From assembly GCA_973895155.1 (NCBI GenBank), contig OZ316891.1, forward strand, positions 3,237,801 to 3,301,800: 64,000 nucleotides of DNA, in the 5' to 3' direction. The DNA comes from Marsupella aquatica (lineage: Eukaryota; Plantae; Marchantiophyta). This document shows, piece by piece, positions 1-12,796 of the stretch; the first letter of the stretch is position 1, and the number at the start of each line of letters is the position of its first letter. A program made the translations under genes and the position numbers. The notes beneath the pieces are model-generated. The model was not told the origin of the DNA, searched no databases, and saw only the letters and a program-made list of their open reading frames with translations.

Positions 1-2910
1 GTATCCCAACAAATAATGACAATACTTTTTACAAGCGTAAATGATACCAAGTGCCTCCCTATCGGTGGGTGAGTAGTTTTTCTCTGCCGGGGCCAACTGC
101 CTACTGGCAAAGTAGATGGGATGATCCCTCCCATCATCATCCAACTGACTCAAGATGGCACTGATGCAAAACCCTGATACGTCTACATAAACATGGAACT
201 CCTTATTCCAATTAGGCGTAATAAGTACGGGAGCCTCTAGCAAACATTTCTTCAATTCATCAAAAGCAGCTTGTTGGGAAGGAGTAGGTTCAAATTCACT
301 TCCCTTCTTCAACATGGATGTGAGTGGCATGGCTACCTTGGCAAAGTCCTTGATGAAGCGTCGGTAGTAGCCAACGCACCCCAAGAACCCTCTCACTTCT
401 TTCACCTTTTTGGGAAACGAGACTGCTACCCACACAGCTACCTTCTCACGATCAACTTCAATTCCACGAGCCGACACCTTGTGGCCCAATAGTGTCCCCT
501 CCTCAATTCCAAAGAAACATTTCTCAGGATGTAGCTTTAAGCAAGTCTCCCGGCACCGCTGAAACGTCAACCGTAAGTGTTCAAGGTGCTTGATTTGTTT
601 GCCGTAGACAGCGAAGTCATCAATAAATATTTCCAAGAACCTCCGCAAAAAGTCATGAAATATATTCATCATGAGTCGCTGAAACATGCCAGGGGCATTG
701 CACAACCCAAAAGGCATTCTACGAAATGCCAAAATCCCCCACTCCGTGGTGAAAGCCGTCTTGAGTTGATCCTCCTCCCGTATCCAAATTTGATTGTATC
801 CAGAGTAGCCATCTAGGAAGCTGTAAATCCCCCAACCAGCTACCATATCCAACACGATATCGGTAACGGCAGCGGGTAGTGATCCTCTTGGTGGCATCAT
901 TCAGCTTCCGAAAATCTTGGCACACCCGGATCTTCACCTTACCGTCTGGCCCCTTCTTCTTGGGCACAATCACGATGGGTGATACCCACTCACTGTGCAT
1001 GACCGGATAAATGAAGCCTGCATCCAACAAGCGGTCAATCTCTTCCTTCACCATGAGTGAGTACTTGGGGTTGAGACGGTATTGGCGTTGCCTCATAGGC
1101 CGCGCTCCCGACATCAAGTCAATACTATGCTCACCAAACTCAGGTGGCACTCCTTTCAAATCTTGGTGGCTCCACGCAAACACGTCTTGGTACTCCTTTA
1201 ACAACTCTTGAATAGTGCGTTGCTCCGTAGCATCCAGCTTGCTACCAATGTTGAGTGTCTTGCCTTCACTCACCTCCACCTTGGTGTACTGCTCCGGCCG
1301 GATTACGTCCAGATTGTTACGTGTCTCCTCATCAAAGGTCTCCTCCAACCGTGCTAGTCGCATTCCTCCATACACCGGTGCATCACTATCCTGCTGGCCT
1401 GGCTAAGTTGGGGGTGGGTCCTTTGTCACATGGGCCATCATTTCTTCCACGTCAGATTCTTTGTAATGTGACAGTAGCTCCTCCCTAAATTCTTCATCCA
1501 AGAGGTCATTCAGCCACTCCTCCCTTCGTTCATCGTCAAACAGAATGGCTTGAGCTTCCTGCCCCTCCTCCTTCGTTTGTTCCTCCTCCTGATCATCAAC
1601 AAGCGGGGCCATTGGTGGTGTAGGTGGCTCTTCTCTGGTTTTCTTCTGCACAACACAACTTTGGTCAAGTGGTACCTCCTGAATTCTCTCCTCAGGGGTA
1701 GCAGCTTGTGGGCCAAATACATCTTCCTCCGTCAGATGAGAAATCAGCTTCACCATGTATACTTCATCCTCGTCCTCATCTGAGGTGACCTCTGAATCAT
1801 ATTGCTCTTCCATAGAGGTAGTCTCCCCTTGAGGTGACTCCGCTGACCAGGGAATGATAATAGTGGGGGTTCCAAACCGAAACTGCCGTTTGCCCCAATC
1901 GCTGGTCACTTTGGCCACATACAACCATGGTCTGCCAATTAAGATGGGAAAACCGTACGGCGCATCACCAAATAGTTGAGGGGAAAAGATTTTCCCCCAA
2001 TCATTGTTGGAATCTTGGTGAGACACCCCAATGGCACCACCCGTGCTCCATCCGCTAGTCTCATGGCACGTGTCGGTGGCTCCAACTCCGTATATCCCAA
2101 TCGATTGGCTGTCTCCTCAGTCATGATGTTGACTCCCGAACCACCATCCACCGGTACAAACCGTATTGCACATCCGTTGATGTCTATTGTGAGTTCTGGG
2201 GCACCCAAATCCTCCGTGACCCAGTTGACTTGTATGGGGTCAGCCCCAACTTTGGGTAACCTTCTTCTACGTCTCCTCCTCATAAGGATCTCCTTGACCT
2301 GGCGGCGGTAGAGGGAGCTATCACATAGCAGTTGCCCAATTGTGGCACTGACTGGACAATCCAGAATATCTTGAGCAATGTTATACGCAGTTGCAGGAGG
2401 TATGGGTGGGATGACCTCCTCTCCTGGTTTCCAACGAACAACCCTCTCCTCCGCTTTCTTTCTGGCCTTTGCCTCCTCCAAGTCTTTGTCGATGGCCGCT
2501 TGCATTGCTTGTGCTTCTAGCTCCTCCAACTGCTTACGTACTTCTTCTCCCACCTTGGGGTAAAACAGCTTGGGATTGTCCCAATCAAAGTTGCTATCTT
2601 CCATGGGTGGCACCTCAGGTTCGTGTGAGGTGCCCGATGCGGAAGCTTGATGCACTTCCTTGTACTTTTTCTTGAGTTCAGACTTGTCCTTCTTTTTCCC
2701 AGATCGAGTGGAGACCCGATAACAAGAGTAGTGTCTCCTCTCATCAGCACTGTCCACCTCCGGAAAATTTTCAGCGTGAGTCCACTCATGACTTGGGGAC
2801 TATGTGTGCTCAACAACTTCTGAAGTGACAACGACCACCAAAGGTGCCTCCACAACTGGAGATACTACAATGACTGATGGTACTGACTCCTCCTTGATGG
2901 TGACCAGCCT
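1..2910 (-). pseudogene. pol: pol region (aspartic protease, reverse transcriptase, RNase H) with stops and frameshifts
   Basis: Protease motif FVPVDGGSGVNIM (ORF 1939-2757). RT motifs RQRQYRLNPKYSLMVKEEIDRLLDAGFIYPV..WVSPIVIVPKK..RVCQDFRKLN (ORF 719-1375). RNase H translated by hand from ~240 down to 1: EFHVYVDVSGFCISAILSQ..HPIYFASRQLAPAEKNYSPTDREALGIIYAC. Split over several frames. Confidence 0.93.
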
Positions 2911-4815
2911 CTACTTGGTAATGTCCACTACGGGCACTTCTCGTTTGGTGACCAACTCCTTTGCAGGGGTGAACTCAAGCGGGTCAACCACTTCCGTGGC
3001 AAGAAAGTTTACGTTAGCTTCTTTGAGCGGGGGTGGTGGTCCCTTCTTCTCTGGTCCTCCAGCTTGTTGAGCCTTGATTGCTTCCAAGGTTGGACAGTGT
3101 GGTGCAAGATGTCCCTCCCCCTTGCACAATTGACACAACCGGGCAAAATCTCCGTTCCCTTGACGTGTGGGCTCCGGGCACACGTTAGCGTAGTGGCCAG
3201 CCACTCTACAATTGTAACAAATAGGGATCTTCCTCACTCCAGGATACGGTGGCCTATTTCCGGGAGTAGCGTTGGAATAGTTGGCATATGGGGGTGCTAC
3301 AGCGTTCGTTGAGATCCCATGAATGCTCCTTGGTCCCGGGTTGAGCGGCTGCACACTATACACATTGGCCTCTGGTGGCTCCTCCATGAAGTACTCGACT
3401 GGCCCTTCCGCTGCATAGGAAGAGGTTGAGTAGCTGGCTCCTTCAACGTCCTCCTCCCGTACTTGGAAAACCTTGGCTGGTTCTCCCGTTGGGCACTCTT
3501 TCGGGGCATGACCAAACTTCATGCACTTGGTGCACCACACGTTGGCTCTCTCTACTGGAACCTTCCTCCTCTCTGGCTTGAGACCTGCAAAGTGCACCTT
3601 CAACGCTTTCATTTGCTCTGTCAACTCATCATACCTGGCCTCTTGCTCCTTGAGACGTCTTGCCGTAGACAATGGTGTAACGGCCACCGTGGGTAGCACA
3701 ACTTCTCGATGAGACGACTTCTTGGCCTTCTTGGACAACTTCTTCTTCCTCTTCTTTCGCTTCTCAGCTTCTGACTCCGTAGTGTCTGACTCTGTAGTAC
3801 TCTCAGAATCCTCAGATTCATCATTGCTATCCGACTCAGAGCCACTCGGTTCCTCACTGGAGGAACTGTCAACCGGCTTCAACTTCTTTCTTCGACAGCG
3901 CTTGCTTGTGGCATCGGCTGCAGTGTATGACTCCGCTGCTGCAATAGCTTCAGCCAATGTGGTTGGCTTGGCTTGACATACAAAGAACCCCATCTTGCTT
4001 GGTAGGGCCGCTACAAACCATGCTTGACGCATAGCGTCATCGGTACGGGCTTGTATCCAACGTACCAGCTTTTGGAACCTTTGCAAAAACCTCCGTAATG
4101 ACTCCTTCTTCATCCTGAGTTGGCCCACCTTCAATAGTGAGGTGGCCTCCACTCCGATGGATCTGAACTCCTTCAAGAAGGCTTGCTTGAACAGAGCCCA
4201 ATCCGCTTTCACGTTGGGCAACAATGAAATGAACCATGGGCCTGCCTCCCCTCTCATCATTCCAGGAATGATAGTGAGCTTATGTGCAGACTCCCCATTA
4301 GCTTCGGCAATCCCTTCAAACTCCTCAATCCATTCGTCTGGATCATCTTTTGGTCTCCCCTTGAAGGGTACGTACTAAACACGGGTACGTTGTGCAGCTG
4401 CCATCGGTGCAGCTGGTGCCTGTATCAACACAGGTGGTAATGGCGTACGTTGGGCCACCGATAACAGCACCGATGATAGGTGTGAGACGATTTGTAGCAA
4501 TGCAGTGAGCTCTGGAATGAGATTTTGTTGTAACTCAGACTACACCAACACAAAGGGCTCTCCTTCTTCTAGCTCGTGATCTACGTCTGGCTCTTCATCT
4601 AGGCGTATGGCCTCATTACGTTGAGCCTCTCCTGGTTGCACACCAACTTGTTCTTCCAGCACCAGTGGCAACCTCCTCTCTCCTGCAAGCCGTAAGCGTT
4701 CTTCGGCAGCAACACGTCGTCTGGTCCCAATCCAAGAGGGCCCCCCTTCTAGCTCGGGTAGTGGGGTACGTGTGTGTTGGGGACTTCCTCTACCTCCCCT
4801 TCTCCCTCTCGGCAT
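2911..4815 (-). pseudogene. gag: gag (capsid-like region plus three CCHC zinc knuckles) with premature stops
   Basis: Retrotrans_gag-like GEAGPWF..WALFKQAFLKEF. Zinc knuckles CTKCMKFGHAPKEC, CYNCRVAGHYANVC and CQLCKGEGHLAPHC. In-frame TAG stops near 4540, 4376 and 2911; the same frame continues into the protease ORF. Confidence 0.9.
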
Positions 4816-4964
4816 CCCATTGAGACCTGCATTCCAAACTCACACCACTGTCTCAGAAAGCAATCTTTGTGAATATCAACCGTCGCAAGTTGCGTTGTGG
4901 TTGATAGGCTTGAACTCCAAATAGACGCAGCTCCCCTCTTCGTGTAGTCAAACAAGAAGAAGGG

Positions 4965-4982
4965 TCCCCAGCAGTGGCGCCA
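4965..4982 (-). promoter_or_regulatory. Primer binding site (tRNA-Asp type)
   Basis: Minus strand TGGCGCCACTGCTGGGGA resembles the Athila-type PBS TGGCGCCGTTGCCGGGGA and lies ~150 bp upstream of the gag start. Confidence 0.8.
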
Positions 4983-6156
4983 AAAACAAGGACCACACTT
5001 ATGTCACTTGCCTATCCAACGATTAATACGTGCAAACCGTACTTTTCTTCGCTTAAACCGTTGGTATCGTATTACGGGGTCGTGGAGGGACGCTATTTGG
5101 AGTATTTCCACACCTAAGGATGAGTATGTTTGATTCCGCTCCCGAAAGTGTACTTTTTGATCAAGTCTACCGACTGGTCTCTCCGTTTTTGATCAAGTCC
5201 AAGGGACTGGTCCTACCATCTACACCTCATACCCACCGGGTGAGTGCTGTCACCACCCCCCTCTCAACGGGCAAGCATACAAACGTTTACAATAAGGTTT
5301 GAACACTAGTGACAAGGGCAAATGTTTCCACAATGAACCGACCCCATGCACTAGGGGAGGAAAACAAACAACACAAGCAACAACAAGTGACACACAAAAT
5401 ATTGGAACCTCAAGCCAAATCCATATCTCTTGGTGTTTCCCGTAACACATGCAAGGACAACCCGACCTCCTGCCGTCTGCCCAACTCCTGCCTCCCGGGG
5501 ACAAGTGCTACGTTCTCCCCTCACTACTCTGGCTTGAACTTCTCCTAATCGGTGCGCTACTCACAAAAGCCACTCAAAAGCATCAAAGCACTACGCTGAG
5601 TTTCCCCCCCAACTACTTCGGGGCTCTCCCCCTAAATACCAAAAAACCACACCAAAGCACCCCTCATGGGGTCACAACGATGGCGGCTTCCCTAGCGGCG
5701 CCGCTAAAACCCTGCACTAAGAAATCCCTAAACTAAAAAGGCATGCGGCACACACATGCTGCTAAAACCCTAAACCCTAAACAAGGGGCCGACGGTGACT
5801 TCGACGGCGCCCCAACTATACTCTGTGAACCCTGAAATTGCAAGACACCCCACAATGGCCGAAACTAGGTGCCCTATCAATTGTACTTTTGAGCTCACCC
5901 TTGGATAGCCCTTCTCCTCTTGATCCCGAATCACTCAGCCGCACTCGCAACGGGCATCGGACGCCTGAGTTATGGTTGTTTCCGTATCGCGAAAACACAA
6001 TTTCACCGGGCCATAACTTGCTCATCCTGGCTCAGTTTGAGGAGCGCCGCCTCTTGTTGGAATCAGCTCCGCGAGCTCTTTCCAACAAGCCCGTGAGTGA
6101 CCCCTCAAAAAAAAGTTGGAAATCCAGAGGCTGTACAACCACATCCGTACGACTAT

Positions 6157-6367
6157 CTACTCCTCCTCTTCTTCACTCTCGGTGCCCCGGCTTGTGCCCC
6201 GTGAGTGGGCCTCCTCTTCATCACTCACGGGAGTGAGTGCCACCTCACTTTTCTTCTTCTTTACCGGGGTACTCTTCGTGCTGCCGCTCCCTTGCTTCCT
6301 CAAAGTTGCCAAGGCCTGCCACGCCTTAATGTACCCCTCACCAATGGTGTCCTTCCGAGATTTTTCG
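6157..6367 (-). pseudogene. C-terminal ~70 codons of the retroelement accessory ORF, cut off by the nested transposon
   Basis: Hand translation EKSRKDTIGEGYIKAWQALATLRKQG...ESEEEEE*. It is in frame with ORF 18539-16876 once 6368-16875 is removed. Confidence 0.65.
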
Positions 6368-6393
6368 CCGTGACAGGAAACAGAAAACAGTAA
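6368..6393 (+). repeat. Left terminal inverted repeat
   Basis: Matches the reverse complement of 16850-16875 at 25/26 positions; followed by ACAGGAAA-like subterminal repeats. Confidence 0.88.
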
Positions 6394-6662
6394 CAGGAAA
6401 CAGGAAATGGTAACAGTAAAATAAGTGAGGAAATTTACACAATATTTGTGACATCCATCAATAAAAAGGGTGTATAAAAATGCCGAGTATATTAGTAGCG
6501 CCTGGCGCTACTTTAAAATGTGTGTTACATGGTAGCAAAAACACAAAGCCCGACGACAATACAAAATCTTAAGAGATACCGCGAGCAGAAAAACGGCTAA
6601 AGAACTGGGATGTAGTAAGCTCGCAAGAAAACATGGAGAACCGAGACTACAACCTAACACCT

Positions 6663-7208
6663 TCAATCTCCGATGGCGGTAGTGCCAGGCGCTACTATCG
6701 CAAAAGTCTTTAAGAAGACTCCATCTTTCAAACAATCGCAGGACGTCGATGAATGACACTCATCATCGACTCCCACATTGAAGCGATCCTCGTCTTGGCG
6801 AAATCCATCCTCTCGCTCAGCGAAAAAACGCGGTCCTGGAAGGAGACTCCTCAGCCTGCAATTTGGAATGTTGGAGTCAGAAAATCCGACTCGCCCGGTC
6901 CATTGTTGAATGCCCCTGAAGAACGCCGTCCGTCCAACCCTATAGACATCAGAAGGATCCGGATCGTGAATAGAGAACCGTTCTCTAAAAGACCGGGGAG
7001 GAGACGAATCAGGGCCTGATTCTGGTTTTGCTCGAAGGCTTATCCCCTCGTCCGAGGCCAGCCATAGTCGATTCCTCTCCATTGAGGTGACAGGGTGAGG
7101 AGTCTTGTCGATCGGGACCTCTGAGGCAAGCAAATCAATTGAAGCTTTTTCTTCCAACTTTGTGGGGCCGGAAGTTCTCTCACACAAGACTTGCTTTCTT
7201 TTCTCCAT
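6663..7208 (-). CDS. Possible third, small transposon ORF (181 aa, unknown function)
   Basis: ATG-started 181-codon ORF inside the element, downstream of the ParB-MTase gene; no recognisable motif. Confidence 0.3.
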   Translation of the reverse strand: MEKRKQVLCERTSGPTKLEEKASIDLLASEVPIDKTPHPVTSMERNRLWLASDEGISLRAKPESGPDSSPPRSFRERFSIHDPDPSDVYRVGRTAFFRGIQQWTGRVGFSDSNIPNCRLRSLLPGPRFFAEREDGFRQDEDRFNVGVDDECHSSTSCDCLKDGVFLKTFAIVAPGTTAIGD

Positions 7209-7610
7209 GGTCTCTGGATCAATGTCTATGCGGCGCTAAATGCAAACGAGCTCCTGGAAATCTTCGAACATCGGCGATGTCAAACAGAGAGGGTGTAAAA
7301 TAGAAGAGGGTGTCGAAATACCTACCGTTGCGAAGGAATTCAACCTAGGGAAACAGGTACGTATGGTAGTCAAGGTCATTAAGGATTTTCATTGTACATC
7401 AGTACATGTACTTGCAGTTTGGAAAACATTACACTACACTTCACATCAGAAAAAGATATGCGGAAGCTAATACCTTTCCCACTTTGTATTTATATAAAAT
7501 TGATGCGTACAATAAGTAGCGCCCGACGCTACTATTTTGGAGGAGGTAATCTGTTTTAAAATCATGAATATATAACTAATCTAATTTAAACTAACCTAAT
7601 CCAATGTAAT

Positions 7611-10600
7611 CTAATCTCCAGATTCCGACTCACTACTCTCTGATCTATCCGTACTCTCTGCTTCATTGTCGATAAATTCATTTCGTGCCATATCATCGAC
7701 AAATGGATGACGGATGAACTTTCTATCCAAACCACGTCTCAATCGCCAGCCCTTATTCTCCCAAGTCAGGGTTCTTCTACTCTCTTCTTTGCGAGCGGCA
7801 TACTCTGCGTATGAAGGCAATACAAATGGTTTCTCAGGGGTAATTAGGACTTTGCTTGAAAATTTCCTTCGCAGATTGAACCTCTCGCGAAGATTCCACT
7901 CTAACCTGCGAGTCAATTGAAACACTAAGTACACTTCGAGAGATTCCAGTAATTCAAGTATACAAGATAAAAAGAGAATGGAAAGTTAAGTAATGTAAAG
8001 GAGCTTACGGGCATTACTCAGAAGAATCTGAATCTTCCGTTTCTCCTTCTGAATTCCCCTCATCCTTTTTCTCTCCTTCTTTCTGGACATCAATCCCGGC
8101 CTCTTCATCAGCTACATCGTCTTCTTCTTCTTCAGAATCAAAATTCAGAACAGATCGAACTTTATCTTTCACTTTTTTCTCCATGTCTTTGCTCGGACCA
8201 GCCTCACTCGATTCTTTCGGGAGGAGCAAGTCAGTGTATATCCTCTCTGCAATAGAAACAAATTCCTTGCGATTCTCAATCCCAAGGATGAAACGGCCAC
8301 AACAATCACTAGCCACAAATGTACTTCCTGACCCAACCGTCCAGTCCATAATAATATCTCCCGGACGAGAAATTAACTCCAGGACAGACTGCATGAAGCC
8401 AACCGGTAGTCGTGCATTCCCTGCAAATGCAGCTTCTGGAACAGGATCCTTCTTCAGAGTCTGCAGCCCAATGAGGTTTGTGATTGAAGGGTCCTCGGTT
8501 GAAGACAAAGGCTTGAACTTTGAATCTTTGGGGACCCTAACCTTCGATGTAACTCGACTAAAGATATCAAGTCTTAAGGTGAAAACCTGGAAAATAAACA
8601 GTATTCAATATGAGATTTGGTAACATATATTAATAGCGCCTGACGCTACCCAAAAGACCCTGCGTACACGAGGACATTGACATGTGAACATCAAACATGA
8701 AATGAGATCTATTAATAGCGCCAAGCGCTAGCAAATGATTCTCTTGATTCAAAAGGACAATTACCTGACAATCGCTTTTGGCCATGTACATTGGGGCACC
8801 CATAACAACGTTGAGCGTTTTGAGGCACTGGAACTTTTGGGAATCTTGGCTGGCCAAAATTACTTGGGAGATCTGGTCATACTCCCCAGTGTGCAAAACT
8901 GCTAACAACCCATCATCGGCAAGAAATGGGTCCATTGCCCGAAAGAAAGAGCCAACCATTCGGTGATCCGATACATTCCACTTTGGAGATTTTCGGTGAA
9001 GCAAAGAAGGTCGTAGACCTGTCGGTAGGTAGACAAAACCCGCATCCACCCAAAAGATCTCAACTTGCCTCCCCTAACTACCCCTTTCTCCCGGAGACCA
9101 AGTGTCACTAAGTCTTTTCCCCACTTCTCGACATTCGTCACCCACCTGGGTTTAGTCTCTTTTGTAAAAACAAAATCAAAAAAGTCCATTAGATTGGACT
9201 CAACAAACATATGACGGCAAACTTTGGACTTGAATTGACCAACTTCTCGTTGGACGGCAGTACATGCATACGAATCTCTAGAAGAAGAACCGAGATCAAG
9301 ATTTTTCTTCTTTTTTTTTCTGGTGCTTGTGGCATCAACCGGACGATCAATGTTGGTATTTGCAGGAGGAGTCTGCTCTTGGGTAGCATTGGCAGCCTCA
9401 GTGTTTGCTTCAGATTGATCAGGGGTAATGGTCGTCTTTGCATCTTGAGTTTCTTCTCCCTCTGATTTCCTACCCCTTGCAGAGAATCGAAAAGGTAAGA
9501 ACACTGGGAAAACTATAACAGCGCCCGGCGCTAGCCAAACATTTACTTTCTAAATTCTCTTGTATGAGTATACATTTAATAGTTTAAAGTAGCGCTTGGC
9601 GCTAACCAAAATCAATGCAAACAACTAAGTGGATTTCAAAGGAAAAGATCAAGAAGAACTGCGAAAAGTCATATAACTTATGTTGTCTTCCGGATCTCGT
9701 GGATGGGCTATTCAATCCTGTATCAACTTTTACTTTTGCGCGAGGTTTTCGGCTCCTGTCAACATGTAAGACTTCAGTCTCACATATTTTTTGAAGCTCC
9801 ACTGCAGAAGCTTCAACGTCTCCCACCAATCCTTCCTTCATCTCAGACAACCATTTGCGAGGAACTAAAGATTTGGACAATTTCAAAAAGGCGTCTTTCT
9901 CAGATTCATCAAAAGGTGTATCCCACTTATCAGTATCAAGGTACCAGGGACAGTTTGTTCGCTCCCAAACGGAAATGTCACGTGGAGGATTGGCTCCTTC
10001 TGCAGGATACATCGAGTAAACCTCACTGAAATCATCCCCATCCATGACCGACCACTCTGGAACGCAGGAGGATAAGCCCAGAAATATTCAGGAGAATTGC
10101 TCTCCATGGACAAGAAGAACCAATAAAGGTATCTCTTTGCCCGCTTCTGGTTTCGGGAAGAAAAATCTTCTTTCTCCCCGTACTTTGACGCCCACATTGT
10201 GTTAAAAAACTTCGCCTTGACTGTATCTCTGTAACTTTTGAAATCATTGCAAATCGTCTGCACTAAAGCATCAAAAGTTTCTACACCTCTTGTGACAAGT
10301 CGTTCCGGAGGCATGACAGATTGAACTTTTCTGAGAGCAGTCTACATCATCCCCATTGAAATTCCTTCGATCCAACTCCACATGTGCCAAGTGTGACACC
10401 ATTGTTTAACTGGTTCGTCGTTCACACTCGGTGGATGGAAAAATTGCTTGCAAAGTTCGGGCGTGCAATGCGCCACAAGAAGAGTGGAACGCAACTTTGG
10501 GTCCAAAGCTGAGACGGCAGTAAAGAGACGAGCACGATCCATCGTGCAAACCACAGCGTCTAGTTTCCGTTCTTGCTTGTTTTTCTCTGTCAGCGTGTAC

Positions 10601-11812
10601 ATTTTTGCACATGTTGATAGAAAATCTGTGAATTCGGGGCTAAGGAGTGGAGTGATCTTTGAGGTCTTCACGCTCCATTCTTTTGTGGCCTCCTTCATCA
10701 TTGCCGCATGACGCTTGGTGACCTCCTCCTTTGACCACGGCCTCCCTTGAGTGTTTGCAGTCGCCATGTCCAGTTTGAATTGCATAGAGTATGACTTGAT
10801 CTTGTTCTCGCACAAGATGTACACAAGGGCCTCCAAAGGCATCTTCTTTGTATACCAAGAGCCTTTCCTTGTCTTTGCGCGAATTGCCTCAAAGCGTTTG
10901 AAGTTTCTGGCATCAATTATCGTCTTGTAATAATCAAGGTCATGGGACAGAATCCGACTAATTCTGTCAGCATCGAGGATCCACGACGGTTCTACAACGG
11001 CTTGCCCCAATCTATATACAACCATAATTTGTTAGCGCCAAACGCTAACCAAAATCCCACAATTGAAAATTTGTCCAAATCAAAGAAAATGACCAAACTT
11101 ACTGATTGACAGTGTGCATGGCGGCTTCAATCTCAATAAGAGAACCTCGATCTCCCTTGAACACAGTGCATAGCACACGAGGGTGGTACTTGACATTTTC
11201 GGGGTTCTCTTTTGTTACCTGCGACCAGGAATACAGACGATGATTCCCGTCGAACACACAAAACATCTTATCTTTTAAGACAAGGAAATCTGGATCTGCT
11301 TCACAATCCACTTCAAATTTATCATTATGGATTGTCCAGACAGCATCCCAACTCTCGCGGATTTTGGGGGTACAAAATTGGATGACGTCTTCAGAATCAG
11401 CGGGTTGCACGTAGAATCGCATCCCAATGGAGGAGTTGTAACCGGAACTGCAAAATGATTCTTTTAGCTTCTCGATTGAAGCACTCTCCTTCTGGAGAGT
11501 CCGAACAACTTCCATATTGACTAGGCGACAAAGCGATATACGCGGAGGGTCCTTGGGCTCTCCTCTGAAATCAGTGCCGAATGACATTGCATGTTTGGCA
11601 ATCACATCTCCCATCGCTAGCGACCCTTCACACCCGTCTTCCATGATGAAATCACTCAAATTCTCCATGACACCTCATCTCTGCGTTGGGAAAGTCTGCG
11701 CAGAGTTTCGAAGAGAATGCGATGCAGTCAAGCGAGTAACGCATCGTGTGTAAACAGAACCAGCGAAAGATGTCTCCGATGTTTGAGAATTACCCGGGGA
11801 AGTGTTGTCCAT
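7611..11812 (-). pseudogene. Multi-exon ParB/Sulfiredoxin-domain plus beta-class N4-cytosine/N6-adenine DNA methyltransferase-like fusion gene, disrupted in this copy
   Basis: N-terminal ParB/Srx signature VRTLQKESASIEKLKESF..GY..FCVFDGNHRLYSW (11099-11668). C-terminal PVGFMQSVLELISRPGDIIMDWTVGSGSTFVASDCCGRFILGIENRKEFVSIAER (8014-8508) matches the N6_N4_Mtase pattern KP..L..LI..S.PGD.VLDPF.GSGTT..A....R..IGIE. Upstream motif-IV-like VDAGFVYLPTGL and FLADDGLLAV. GT-AG introns at 11102-11012 (frame checked) and 8764-8587, plus probable ones near 9640-9480 and 8010-7906. In-frame stops at 11675 and 10342; frameshifts near 10050 and 9075. Start codon uncertain. Confidence 0.8.
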
Positions 11813-12796
11813 ATCTGGATAAAGAGCCTTTGGCCCTAAATTTTGGAGAGTTCTCAGCCACTCACGAAGGCCTGCAACGTACTGTTGCAACCAAATAGAT
11901 ACGACCCACGTCCGAAACAGCCAGTATGGAGACCGTTTTCCCGCAACAGAATGACACGACAGCAAATCACACAGCAAGATCAGATCTGTCAAATTGACCT
12001 TTGACAGGAAAAAGATCCAAAAAAGACCGACAGTTGACTTAAATATGAATGTTCCATGATGAAAAATATCAGGTAATCGAGCAATCGAACCAAAGAGAAA
12101 GGGACAATTGGCATATAGTATGGACGTGGCTACTCAAATGTAACGAAGAATCTCATAATTAACATTCATTCAAGAGGTAAAAACGGTCACACAGGCATAA
12201 AGTTACCGTTACAAATATCCGTTGGACAGACAACTCAGAGGATAAACATTAATAGCGCCCGGCGCTATCATAAACATCACTCCTTCTAGACCAAAAAGTA
12301 TACATATTTTCTGGTGAGTCGACCCTGAAATACTAGTAATCCACTGAGTTTCTATAATAGCGCCCAACGCTATTATTGATTGTTGTCTAACATTCGTAAA
12401 ATCTTTCAAATGTTCCATCATATACATGAGAATCTCTTGTTTTTTCATTTTCCTCAATAATAGCGCCAGGCGCTATCAATGTAGAGTATCAAACAAAGTC
12501 ACGTTTTGCAGAATTCTGATTTTAAATTTCACGCTTTTGAACGGCGATCTGGTAGGGTTTTTGCTAGCGCTTGGCACTATTATTTTCCGTTGTGAAAATG
12601 TCCGTTAAATTAACGGAAACATTTTGTTTTCAACGGTCATCCGTTGCCATTTATCTCAAATTTATCTGTTGAGTTAACGGTAAAGTTCTAAATATTTTTT
12701 GCGTTCGAGTGTGGTTTCTTCGTTCTTGATGATTTACTTGAGGGAAATAATAAACTGAGGCTGGAAACACCCTTACCATTTTGCCATTCTGTCAGA

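Noticed and set aside
5693-5706. TAGCGGCGCCGCTA palindrome as a 17th motif copy
   Set aside because: It is 14 bp with a different core and lies outside the TIRs.
5002-6375. 1.37-kb LTR bounded by TGTCAC..GTGACA
   Set aside because: The GTGACA at 6370 is part of the DNA transposon TIR, and an ORF continues across the insertion.
7611-11812. Prophage or bacterial contamination as the source of ParB-MTase
   Set aside because: The gene has GT-AG introns and lies within TIRs nested in a plant retrotransposon.
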